Positions 25,901 to 38,599 of a stretch of DNA of 64,000 nucleotides are shown here, one piece after another. The position numbers and the translations under genes are program-made. Each line of letters opens with the position of its first letter. Within the stretch, counting starts at the first letter, position 1. The notes beneath the pieces are model-generated. The model was not told the DNA's origin. It did not search any database and was given only the letters and a program-made list of their open reading frames with translations. Source of the stretch: Selaginella moellendorffii (taxonomy: Eukaryota; Plantae; Lycopodiophyta); assembly GCF_000143415.4 (NCBI RefSeq), contig NW_003314328.1, forward strand, positions 771,889 through 835,888. The letters run 5' to 3'.

Positions 25901-28463
25901 CCCCGGAGCCATGTTCCACGTCTTCCTTTCTAGCTCATTACTTCTCTAGGTCCCTTTTTCTAGTGGGGACTTGACTTCGTCAGCCCGATCAACCCACCGA
26001 GCTCAAAAGGACAGTGATACATCATCATGGCAATGGACTATTTCACAAAATGGGTTGAGGCCACCCCTCTATGACAGGCAAATCAACAGTCTACAGAAAA
26101 TTTCATCTATGAGTACATCATTTGCCAATTCGGAGTTCCTGCTGTTTTGATTTCTAATCGTGGCAGCAGCTTCCTTGGACAGGTGATGCAGCATCTTCTC
26201 CAGCAGTTGCAGGTCAAGCACGTAAAGAGCAGTAGCTTTTATCCTGAGTGCAATGGCCAAGCCAAGTCTAGCAACAAGATATTGAAGATAGTCATCTCAA
26301 AGCTTGTGGAGGATCACCCCTAGTGTTGGTACGAGCACTTGGTTACGGCGTTGTGGGCATTTTGGACGTCCTTCAAGACATCCATCTCCGTGAGCCCATT
26401 TTCCCTTGTCTATGGGACAGAGGCCATGCTTCCAGTGGAGATCTAGGTGCCATCACTCTCACTTTCACTTCGATACGCAGTAGCGATGCAGTTTAGCAAT
26501 GAGGACAAGCTAAGTCATGCACATGACTTGGAGGTTCTTGTGTTGGAAGAACAGTGACGATCCATGACTGAACATCTCCTTCGAGGCAAGCAGAAGATCA
26601 AGTCTGTCATTGATCGCTAGTGGTCTGCCGAACCATTCGAGGATGGCAATCTTGTTCTACTCAAGGAGTTGATGCCACCTTCAAAGTTCTCCCCTCGCTG
26701 GACCAGCCCCTACTTTGTCCAGTGACACATTGGAGGTGGAGCATATGTGCTAGTTGATGCTGATGGACATGAGCTCCCACACGCTCACAACCACTCTCAC
26801 ATCAAACACTTCATCCAATAAGCCGTTCCTCTTCTCTTCTTTTTCTTTTTCTTTTTCTTCCTTTATTTCACTTTACTTTCATGGCTCCTTTTCCTACTTT
26901 CAGGGGGTGTTTCTCCATTGGACCATGGCCCATACCTTGGATTTCATGCTCAAGCTGCATTGCCATTTGTATGGAGGTTCCTCGCTTGGCTTGGTCTATG
27001 TTCCAGGTTCTTTGGACCTTCCCCTACCATTACTATACCCCATATATTTCCCACACCCATTGCATATCATCTACACTAACAGTTCCATCACCTATCACTT
27101 CCAGCAACATTGCCCACATTTACCTCTAGATGCCCGTCTTGCATCTTTCATTCTTTCACCATCGTGCACATTTACATTTGAGGTCACATTTACACCATAC
27201 CACGGACACATGTACATGCACCAGCAGCAAAAGACACCACCTCATTTGGATGTGCCATTTTTGAGATATCATTACGACCATTTGCCAATAATACACTAAC
27301 TTTTCTGGAGCAACTTTTTTCCAACCGGGTGAACCTGTTCACTCAAGGCACCTAGATGGATCTTTAGACGAGGCCACAGAAGCCAAAACCACTTTCTTTT
27401 GCTCCAGCACTCAATGGACACATGCCACCTCTCTTTACCAGCAACCCAGCGACTATGCCATCCTTTTCAACTATTGTCTTCTTCAGTCCGACACATCAAA
27501 CCATTGGCCTAACATTTTAAGAGATGGCCACCTTCTCAGAGTGCCACCACCATCTCGGCGCCCCACCATATCGGTGCTGGAGCAGGCGCAGGAGTAGGAG
27601 CAAGAGCAAGTGGTTACTGGTTACAGGTCCCCAGTTCTGGGTTACTAGTTACTGGTTACCGGCTACCGGGTACTCCGAGAGGTCAACGCTTACTCTTCAG
27701 GTCAACAGTTACATGTGTTTGAGGCCTACGTCTCCTTCCATTTTCACCCTTATTACTCTTATTTTAGAGATGGCCACCTTCTCAGAGTGCCACCACCATC
27801 TCGGCACTCCACCATATCACTTTATCTTTCATCATTTCTACACTTACCACCCTTGGGCAATGCATCCCCTTTTTTACCTCTCTTTCTTTCTCAAATTCAG
27901 CCAATCCTTGGAGCATAACTGAAGTCATCACGAGGCTACATTTGCATATTACACTTTCCTGAGATGAAATCCAGGTACGAGTTAAGTTCTTTGGGTACTC
28001 ACTTTTTTTTTTCCTCTATTTTCTCCTTTTTCACACTTTTTCTACACTTTCCTTTAATTTTAGGGTCCAATTTGACTACAGGGTTTCCCATTGGGTTTTC
28101 TTCCCTGTCTTCAAATTTTGCACCTACCTTTTTTCTTTCCTTTTCCAGTTTGTTTTCTAGAGTTTCTACTATTTCACGTAGTTACCAGCACTTGGCATTA
28201 GTAGTAAAGGTACACTCTACACTCTTCGGAGGGTTCTCACACGTCTAGAGCCAATGCAATCCACCGTGGTCACATGTTAGGGCGTGGCCATTGAGAGAGT
28301 GAGAGAGAGAGAGGGAATATTCTGGTCCTTAGAATATTCCCTATATTCCTTGTATAAAACCTTTGCCCCACAAGGGCAAAAGGGGGGGCATTTTGTGGAG
28401 AGTATTGAAGCATTTTTCATGTTTAAGCGAGCATTGGGGGAAGTGCCCCTCCTTCCCCCAACA
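25901..28463 (+). mobile_element. Second family-C integrase + 3' region
   Basis: Starts ccccggagccatgttccacg as at 22464 and ends cccctccttcccccaaca as at 25900. Confidence 0.82.
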
Positions 28464-29170
28464 CTTTGAGAAGGTGGCCATTTCTAAAAGTGTTAGGCCT
28501 ATAGTCTGATGTATCGGGCTGAAGAAAACCATAGCTGAAAAGGATGGCATAATCATTGGATTGCTAGTAAAGAGAGGTGGCATATGTCCACTAAGTGCTA
28601 GAGCAGGAGAAAGTGGCTTTAGCTTCTGTGGCCTTGCCTAAAGATCCATCTAGGTGCCTTGAGTGAACAGGTTCACCTGGTTGGAAAAAGGTCACTCCAA
28701 AAAAGCTAGCACATTGTCGGTAAATGGTCGTAATGATATCTTGAAAACAGCATGTCCAAATGAGGTGGTGTCTTCTGCTGCTAGTGCATGTATGTGTGTC
28801 TGTGATGTGGTGTAAATATGACCTCAAATAGAGATATGGATGATGGTGAAATAGGCATCTAGAGGTAAGTGCAGGCAATACTACTAGGAGTGATTGGTGA
28901 TGGATCTATGAGTGTAGATGATATGGAATGGGTGTGGTGAATGTGTATAATAGAGTAATGGTAAGGGAAGGGCCAAAGAACTTGGAATATAGACTGAGCC
29001 AAGTGAGAAACCTCTATAAAAACAGCAATGTAGCCTAAGCATGAAATCCAAGGTAAGAGCCATGGTCCAGTGGAGAAACACCCTTTGAAAATAAGAAAAG
29101 AAGCCATGAAAGTAAAGTGAAAGAAAAAAAGTAAAAGAAAAAGAAGAAAAGAGGAATGCCTCACCGGATG
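28464..29170 (-). mobile_element. Inverted fragment of the family-C 3' region
   Basis: Reverse complement of ~26820-27540; ORF 28884-29081(-) matches the repeated MFLHWT... translation. Confidence 0.8.
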
Positions 29171-29174
29171 AAGG

Positions 29175-30186
29175 TGTAAGCTACAAATTTTTCCTTTCCA
29201 ATTTGCCAACTTACTTTGTCTATCGGACCAACCCCGCCGTAGCTTTAGCTAAGTTCCCTCGCCAAGGTTCCCATCTATGGTACTAGCTCCTACTTGGTCC
29301 TACTTGGTTTCAACTACTCACTGCACGAGCCACGGAGCGTTAGCCATCCATCCACGGATTCCCAAATCTCTCTCAATCCCCCTCCCCGGGTTAGACTGGA
29401 CTTAAGGTTCGGCTACACTCCCCGCAATCACAAGCAGCCAAGCACACTAAGCCTCCAAGTTCCTAACATCCCTTGGTACCACAAGACTTGATCATGGGAC
29501 CCTCTAAATCCCAAGTCTTGGGTGCAACACATGCTTTGGGATGTTGGGGCGAAACACCGTGGCCTAATGGCCCAGTATGGGTACCTCTACCCCCCCACTT
29601 CCATCCCAAAGGGAAGGTCCAAGCCCCTAGGAAGGGCGAGGACCACTCCACATGAGCTGGGAACACCGCAATCGGTTTCCCTTTTAGGAGTGGGAGCTGC
29701 TCCTGAGCACTTCCTTGGGTGGCCCCTCCGGCACCACTCGAGTCCATGCTCACTCCCACCCAAGGCCCCTTGGCCCCAGTCTCAACCTCAAGCCAGTTTG
29801 GAAGCACTACTGGAGAGTTCCTTCAAGACTGATTCTTGGACCTCATTATCCCTATTATACTTTTGGAACCCCCTACAGCGCCCCCGGCCCCCCCCCCCCC
29901 CCCCCCCCCCCTGAGAGACACATGCTTTGGGCTTTCACCCCTTGACCTGTATTAGTATTCGGACTCGGTCTCAGACTCGGTCTCGGACTCGATCTCGAAC
30001 TCGATCTCGGACCCGACTTCAAACTCGGTCTCGGACTCGATCTCGACTCAATCTCGGACCCAATTTCGGATTCGACTTCGGACTCAATTTCAGACTCGGT
30101 CTTAGACCCGATTTCGGATCTCGGACTCCGTCTTGAACTCGGTCTCAAACTCGGCCTTGAACTTGGTCTGCGAGTCGGTCTCGAGC
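29175..30186 (-). mobile_element. Family-B LTR (partial)
   Basis: tgtaagctacaaatttttcctttcc... matches the LTR at 45964-46760 and includes GACTCG repeats. Confidence 0.8.
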
Positions 30187-32019
30187 AGCACACGTCCCCA
30201 GAAGTACCTAGGACTATGGAGCGGCCCTCCGGTCGGATATGTCACACCCACCTTCCACATGGCGTGCGATCAGCTCCCAGAGAATGGAGTACAGAACTTT
30301 TTGGTAGTGTCCGAGGTAATCAAGGATCTTAAGTACCATGTGGAAGTAGACAATGCCACAATCGTGGGCAACAACATGGAGCTACGCGCAGCCCTTCTCA
30401 CCAAAAGCAGCATCATCCCCGCAAGAGGAGGGAGAGATTGTGAATTCTTATGGGTGGAACACGATCGGATCACCACAAACAAGGACAATGACTGATCTCA
30501 GCGTGCTTTCATGGAACGTAGGAGGCATTAGTAAGGACAGAGTGCTATGGAATGACAAGAAGGCGAGGCTATGACAATACCTTTGCCAGTTAGAAGGAGT
30601 GATAGGAAAGTGTGACTTTTTCTGTTTCCAAAAGCATAGAATGCAAGAACACCAGACAATCTTTAAGTTCTCACAAGGCGAACACTTCTGGAACCTAGCA
30701 GTTGGAAGGTGAGGAGGAACCCTCATCATCGCCAAAGGACCATGGCAATCCCTAGGCACCTCACACCAGATCCTAATCCCTGGACGTGCTCACATGATAG
30801 TGCTAAAAGTAAACACCCGAACCATAGGCCTGTTGAACATCTATGCCCCGGCATCCCGCTCCACCTCACGAGCACACTTCTTCCGAATTCTGCAGCGTCG
30901 TCTTCCAACCAGAATCGATGATTGGATCCTGGCTGGTGACTTCAATTTCGTGGACCACGAGGAGGATAAATGGGGAGGCATAATCCAGGATAGACGTACA
31001 CGTGCAGAACGCCTTGCATGGAACTCGTTCCTCTTACAAATTGGCACCTGCGACGCTTACGAGATCCCAGGTTTTGTGACACATGATCCGCGCTTCACAT
31101 GGTGAGAACGTCAACATAGAGGCATACAACATCGTCTGGACCGCTTCTACCTCACCATGGACCTATGCATGCAAGGGGGGAAGTTGGACATCGACAACAT
31201 CTACACGGACTTCTCGGACCACCATCCAATTAGACTCACACTTCCCTTTCAAAGATCGAGAGGTCCAAGGAAGCCAGTTGCCATACCCAAGAAGTTCTTT
31301 GAGGAGCAAGCCAACAATAACCAGGAGCACGAGTAGTGGGAAAAACACAAGGGGAACCTACACTCCTTCACCCTTCAAATCGCTCAAGAGGCTCAAGCCA
31401 ATATCCGGAAAGATAGGAGAGGTGTCTTTAACATAGTCCAAAAGGTTCGGAGAGTCCTAACCTCGATCAACACTAACCTTCGCACCAACCCAGATGACCC
31501 GTGGCTACAAGCTCAAAAAATCCAGGTTAAGCGCCAACTGGAAAGGATAGAGGCCGACAAGATGGAAGCCTTCCTAAAAGCAAGACACATCAGATGGTAC
31601 GCAAGCAAGCTCGTGCTGAACAGGGAGTTCTATCGATCCATAAGATTTAAAGTGGTCTCCCCACCAATATTCGGATTGAAGGATGAACAAGGGCAACTGC
31701 ACATAGAGATCGATGACCTGCACAACATGGCAGAACACTTACTCCCAGCTTTTCAAGGAGGAACCATGGAATGAGGTCAGGCAAGAGAAACTTGAGCAAG
31801 TGCTGGAGCATATCCCGACCAAGTACACCCCAGCAATGAACACCAAACTAATGAGACCTTTCACGCTGCGAGAATTAAAGGATGCCCTAGATGACCTCAA
31901 GGATGACAAGATGCTAGGGGAGGATAGCATGCCACCAGCTTTCTACAAACAAAACTGGGAATGGATTGGACCAGAAGTTCTCAAGATGTGGCAAGAAACC
32001 ATGTGAGCTGGGAAGTGGC

Positions 32020-35000
32020 CAGAAGAAGCTTACTCGCTTGATTAGTCGTGTTCCAAGGAAGGATCCAGATCAGAACAAGTCCTACTTCATTGATGGCCTA
32101 CATAGTGAGAGCATGCGGCAACACTTGCGTCATTCTCAGCCTACAAAGAGTTTGGAGGAGCTCTTTGATGCGGCTCGTCGACTTGACAATGACAAGCACA
32201 AGTCTCACAAGCGTTCGTGGAGTCCTTCTGTCGAGAATTGTTGTGATGATCGCCGTGGACACAAGGATGGGAACAAGCATCACAAGTTGAAGTCGGTGGT
32301 GACTACTTCAGATGCAAAGGGGTCCAAGAAGCAGAAGTTCTTTGTGAAGAATTATAGACAAGGTTGTCATCATTGCGGCGAACTTGGACACTACAAGGCT
32401 GATTGTCCGCAGTTGAAGAACAAGCAGCAGGACAAGAAGAATAGCCAATCATCTTCTCACAGTAAGTCAGATATTAAAAAGTTGCAAGCTTTACAGCGTG
32501 AGGATGACGAGAACGACCATTCTGGTCGGAGGAAGAGACTTTCGATCGTTGCTCGTCAACTTAACTGTGTGTGGAACAAGATGGAGCTCGAGGATACGCA
32601 TGAATCAGCTTTAATGCTGGAGGGCGTGTTCCGTGGCGATCCAGTGTGGATTTTACTGGATAGTGGGAGCGATGACAACTTTGTTTCAGCAAAGTTTGTT
32701 GCGGAGCATCGCCTAAACACACATGGAGTTCTTCCATACATAGTGGAAGGTGCAGCTACCTCTGCTCAGCATTTCGATGCTTGTGTCGAGGGGTTGGAAG
32801 TGTTGGTTGGCAAAACCACACTTGTGGAGACTTTTTATCTCGCGGATATAAATCGTGTGGATTTCATTCTTAGGATGCCATGGTTGGTGAAGGTGGATTT
32901 AGAGATAAAGTGGAGCATTAAGCGTATCTCGCTAGAGTATGGTGGAGTTAAAGATGTGTGGTTTGGTGAGGGCGTTCAACCACCAATTGTTATGCTCTCT
33001 GCTACATCTTTGAAGCGAGCTTGTTGTAATGGAAAAACACTTTCAAGTTACTTGCTGTTTGTTCGTGACTTGGGGGACCAAGGCACGTGTGGGGGAGAAG
33101 CAACAGTACAGGATGTACTTGATGAGTTTTCTGATGTTTTTCCATCTGAACTTCCTCATGGATTGCCTCCATTACGAGGTGTGGAGCATGGGATTACATT
33201 GGAGCCGGGGACGCGGCCAATTTACCGGTGTCCATTCCGGTTAAGTTATGTGGAGGAGCAAGAAGTTCAACGACAAGTCAAGGAGTTACTTGAGTTTGGA
33301 TTTATTCAGCCAAGTAAGTCTCCGTTTGGTGCTCCAGTCTTGCTTGTGAAGAAGAAGGATGGTTCAATACGGATGTGTATTGATTACCGTGCTTTAAACA
33401 AGAAGACAGTGAAGGACAAGATGCCGATGCCACGTGTGGATGATATCCTGGACAAGCTTGGTGAAGCACGAGTGTTTACCAAGATTGATCTGAGGAGTGG
33501 ATATCATCAGATTGCAATGGATGATGCATCTATCTCCAAGACGGCATTCAACACAAGCTTCGGACATTTTGAGTTTACAGTTATGCTGTTTGGTTTGACG
33601 AATGCACCGGCCACATTTACTCGGTTGATGACGGAGGTATTTAGGCATTATCTTCATGAGTTTGTGGAGATTTTCTTGGACGATATTCTTGTTTTTAGCA
33701 AGAATATGGAGGAGTATAGGGTGCATTTGCGCAAGGTTCTTTTGTTACTTCGAGACAGCAAACTTTATGCGAAGAAGAGCAAATGTGAATTTGCAAAGTC
33801 GGAGGTGGAATATCTAGGCCATATTGTGATATCTAAGGGTGTCAAGACGGATCCAAGGAAGGTGGCTGTGGTGGAAAACTAGCCTACACTGATTACAGTG
33901 GCCGAGTTGCGCAGTTTCCTTGGTATGGCTAATTACTACCGACGTTTCCAGCATAAGTTTGCAGAGGTGGCTATTCCTTTGACGCGGTTGTTACGCAAGA
34001 ATGTGCCATTCGAGTGGAAGACGCCACAAGAGGAGAGTTTTGTGGCGCTGAAACGATTGTTGAGCAAGGCTCCAGTGCTTCGCATTGCTGATCCATCGAA
34101 ACCTTACGAGGTGACATGCGATGCGAGTGGTTATGCACTGGGAGGAGTTCTCATGCAAGAGGGACAGCCTATTGTATATGAGAGTCGAACTTTGAATTCC
34201 GTGGAGCAACGCTATTCCACATATGAGCAAGAGTTACTCTCTATTGTTCATGCTTTGCGGACGTGGCAGCACTATTTTTATGGTGCAGTGTTCGTGGTGT
34301 TAACAGATCACAAACCACTTGTGTATCTCTTCACACAGAAGGAGTTGAACACTAGGCAAGCTCGTTGGATGGTCAAACTCATGGAGTTTGGGGAGTTTCC
34401 TATTGAGCATCGTCCGGGAAAATCAAATGTGGTGGCGGATGCTTTATCTCGTATTCGTTATGTGACGACATTACGAACACGATTTTGTCATCATTTGAGT
34501 AAGGTGGTCAGCGAGTTTGGGCAGTTGGTTGAGCATGCTCAGGCTCAGGATGCTGAGGTGGCCTCTTTGCGAGCCCAGATGGAAGCCCCTTTCTCATTGG
34601 TGGATGGGATTCTCTACTACAATGGCCTAAACCCTAAACCCTAAACCCTAAACCCATCCATATTTGCCACGGGTGGATGCGTTAATTACTCAAGTTTTAT
34701 TCCACTATCATGATCATCCAGAGGCCGGTCATTTTGGGGGGAAGAAGACGCATGAGTTAATTAAGCGCAACTTTTATTGGAGGAATATGAAGACTAATAT
34801 CCTCAAGTATTGTAAATCATGCGAACTTTGTCAGCGGGTTAAAGTGCCACGGGAGAAGCCGGGGGGACTTTTGCAACCTTTACCTATTCCTCAGAGCCGT
34901 TGGTGTAGTATCTCTATGGACTTCATCACTTGTTTGCCACGAACACAGAGGCAAAAAGAGCAAGTATGAGTCATAGTGGATCAGTTGACGAAGTATGTGC

Positions 35001-36050
35001 GGTTGTTGGCTCTTCGGAAGACTGTCACTGCCTCAAACTTGGCTGCAGTTTACTTGGAGAAGGTTTTTTTCCTGATTTTGGTTTGCCGGAGGATATCATT
35101 AGTGATCGAGATTCAAAGTTCACCAGTGGATTTTGGAAAAGCTTTGCAAAGGCTATGCAAGTGACTTTGAAACTCTCGAGTGGCGATCATCCTCAGACGA
35201 ATGGGCAAACCGAGCGTGTGAATCAGGTGGTGGAGGATATGCTACGTTGTAGCATTGGTCAAAGGCAAGGACAGTGGGATTTATATCTTCCGTTGGTGCA
35301 ATTCGCTTACAACAATAGCCAACACAGTGGAACCAAGCTAAGTCCTTACTTTACGATGTTTGGAAGGCATCCTCGAACAGCAGTGGAGTTGGGATTGCAT
35401 TTGAGAAAGGATGTTCAAGATAAGCTTGATTCCGAGGCAACTGATCTGGCCACAGAACTTGATGAGATTCTGGTGGTGTGCAAACGGAATTTGCAAGCAG
35501 CTCAGGATAGAGCGGAGAAGTTTGCCAATGAGCATCGCCAATTCCGGGAATATAAGGTGGGTGATCTCGTCTTTGTGCGAGTGATCTTTCCGTCAAGTGA
35601 GTGGCGGAACACCTTGGTGCCTTTGCGGACAGGGAAGAGTGATAAAGTTTCCCATCGATATGCTGGTCCATATGAAGTGCTGGAGCACATTGGTAAAGCG
35701 GCTTATCGGGTGCGGCTGCCAGCTGGGGTGAAAATTCATCCGGTATTTTATGTCAGCCAGTTGAAAGGTGTACTATCTCGGAGTGATGGGCCCAATGCCT
35801 CCTTGATGTATACGGCTGTGGAAGATGGACCAGAAGCTTGAGCAGGATTCCCCAGAAAGGGTGATCACTGGTACAACTCGTCCTTGGGACAAGGACTTTG
35901 TTGGGGGTGAAGAATTTTAGGCGCCAGCTTTGACTACGTGGTCAACGTCAGTCAAAGGGAGGCTCAAGGGTATATTAAGGCACATTAGGGTAAGGGACCC
36001 CCGAGCTACCTCAAAAGCTCCACTGCACCGCCGCTCCATTGTGAGCCCTA
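32020..36050 (+). mobile_element. Ty3/gypsy family-D internal fragment (gag knuckle-PR-RT-RH-IN), no 5' LTR
   Basis: CHHCGELGHYKADC, LLDSGS, IFLDD, TCDASG, HDHPEAGH...CELC, HPQTNGQTE, purine tract ~35901-35915. Confidence 0.9.
34626..34655 (+). repeat. Interstitial plant-type telomere repeat, (CCCTAAA)~4
   Basis: cctaaa ccctaaa ccctaaa ccctaaa ccc inside pol between RNase H and integrase. Confidence 0.88.
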
Positions 36051-38599
36051 GGGTAGGTTAAGTCCTGTTCCTGTTCATTGCGGATGCTCTGGCCTACTAC
36101 CTCGCCCCACCAGAGGGCCCGAAAGGTATTCCCCTTCAAGGTTGTGGCTCCACACTTCAGGACATGAACGAAGCCTCAAAGGAGGACCTCCTATCCTCAG
36201 CCTTTGCAGACGACACAAGCCTGATCATGGAGGGATCATCGAAGAACCTCTCAAACATCAAAAGGGACTTGGACTTCTTCAATGAGGCCATGGGATCAAA
36301 AATAAATTGGCACAAATCGGTTGGACTATGGCTCCCCCTTGGCAAACCTCCAACATGGGGCATGGAGCTGAGTTTCAAATGGCTGGATACGGAGGAGACC
36401 ACCCGCTACCTTGGATTCCAAGTCGGATGCCAGTATGACCTAGAACCTCAAAACCAAAAAGTAGTTACAAAACTAAGAGATCAACTCAAGTTCTGGGCGA
36501 GTAGAAAACTATCATTCTCAGCCCGCTACATGGTAGCAAACAGCATCTTGCTTGGAGCGATCTGGTTTCTGGTAGCATGCTGGAACATGGACAGGCAAAT
36601 GATCCAAGAAATGAACCAACTCATTTGAGCCTATGTTTGGAAAGGCTGCTCCTGCGTGTCACGTGGTGGAGCAAAGGTCAACTAGCGGTCAGTAACACTT
36701 CCGAAGCACGAAGGGGGCCTCAATATTATTGACATCGAAGAACAATGCAAGGCTCTCCTCTTCAAGATTTTCACAAGGATGCTCATGCCTAGCAACCAAC
36801 CATGGAGAATACTGCTGCGAGCACAACTTTTGAAAGTCCTCCCAGACAGGAACGAGCACACCAGACAAAACTGGGCGATAGATGAACAATGGCTCTTCTC
36901 GGACACCAAACTCAAAATGACAAAGGCTCACACGTTCTCAGGAAAGCTGTTCAAGCTCTGGAGGCAATTCAAATGCAAGCTGGAATGTAAACCACCTCGT
37001 ACCAAAGAACAACTAGACCGGTAGCCAATTTTCCTAAATAAACTCTTTGCTGTCAATGGTAAAATGCTTGGAGCTTTAGAGGATTGTGGCCTGGACCAGA
37101 CATGCAGAGACCTGCACCGAGTAGGGATGAGAACATTCGCAGAGGCAGACACCATGATCCAGCCCAACCAGATGGCCAACAACCGCGACCGAATCAGTGC
37201 CTTCTACGGATTAACCATCTCGGAACACAGGATGCGTAAATTCCAGACAGCCTTTTTAGCAGCCAAACACGCATGCCTTGAATGACTAAACCTGCAAGAA
37301 GACCAATACCATCGATGGTGGAAGGTGGACGAGTCGATTATATGCGCCCTCCCCAACATGGCATCGGGACTAATCTTTAAGGTAGGACAGGCTGGACGCT
37401 TGTACCCCATCGTCACCCCTGAATACGAGGACCTCCCCGATATGAGCAGAGCTAAACCAATCAGAGTGATTCAAATGGAAAAAGAAACTGCCAACGTTGA
37501 TCCATTGATCCCAGAAAAACAATATGCTCACCTCTACTAGTTCCCCCAACAAACCCCGAATGAACTCAAGTGGGATCCCGCAGAGTGGCATTGGAGAGGA
37601 ACCAAGTGCAAGGACTTCTTCCAGTATGAGACCAAGCTGGGCCAAAAACTGATCAGGGTGCCAACTTGATCCTCCCTCATCCAGAAAGCAAAGGCCCAAC
37701 AAATCCACTCCAGGAACCACTCACACTGCATCAACAAGATCTAGATGGGGCAGTGATCAGCTAAGAACCGCTACTTCATGTGGCTGTCCCAACAAGAATG
37801 TCTTCCCTCTATGGCGGCCATACATCTCCCGAACATAGCCTGCAAGACCTGTGGCGCCACAGAAACACAGCGACATATCTTATGGGAATGTCCAGCAGCA
37901 CAGGAAGTTGGGAAGGTGCAACAATAGTACTCAAACGAACATCAACTGGGGGAGCTGCAATCACATACAAATCAGCACTCTGGGGTAGCTTCATCTAGGG
38001 AAAAACAAAGAATCCTGATGCATGGAAGTGGAGACACAACGAGGCCCCACACTTTGATCAACTCAACCAAACTCGGACTCACATTAAGCATCTCCACCAG
38101 GAGCTCTTCGATGCGCTTCAGGGATGCACACTAGCAGAGATATGGAAGGCTCACTGCGCCAGGTTGTTCGAGGACACAGACCCCTTGGCTCGAGAAACTA
38201 TCTCAAAGGTTTGGTCTAGATTGATCGTCTCACTCGCGGCCCGCCTGGACACGCTGATCACACGAGGTGAGGAAGGGAAGATAGCGAAGGAGAAGGAGCT
38301 GTGGCTGTTTTTTAGAGGAAGAAGCGAGGTTGGAGAAGAAGAATGGACGTGGAAACCACCAATATGGATTTGGCAGCACATGTTCAGGAACGACGGTACG
38401 TGTACCTCCCCAAGTCGACAGAGTTCAACACCAGGAACTTCGGAAACTTGGAGATCGGATGTCACAGACTCGAGTACCAGTTCTACTTTGTCCCCCTCGT
38501 CCCAACCCCCCTAAAAATCTTGAAGAGCTCTTTCCTGATTTCAAGCATGTCAAAATCGAACTCTATGGTTTATAGAGGATAAATTAAAACCCCATTGAC

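Larger units (their letters stand above)
30190..38590 (+). mobile_element. L1-clade LINE (ORF1 end, ORF2 APE-RT-zf), interrupted by a gypsy fragment
   Basis: ORF2 from 30488: SWNVGG, LLNIYAP, LAGDFN, RLDRFY, SDHHPI (APE); AFADD and YLGF (RT, 36164-36628); CKTCG...HILWEC (zf-RVT, ~37840); A-rich end ~38580. Confidence 0.88.
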
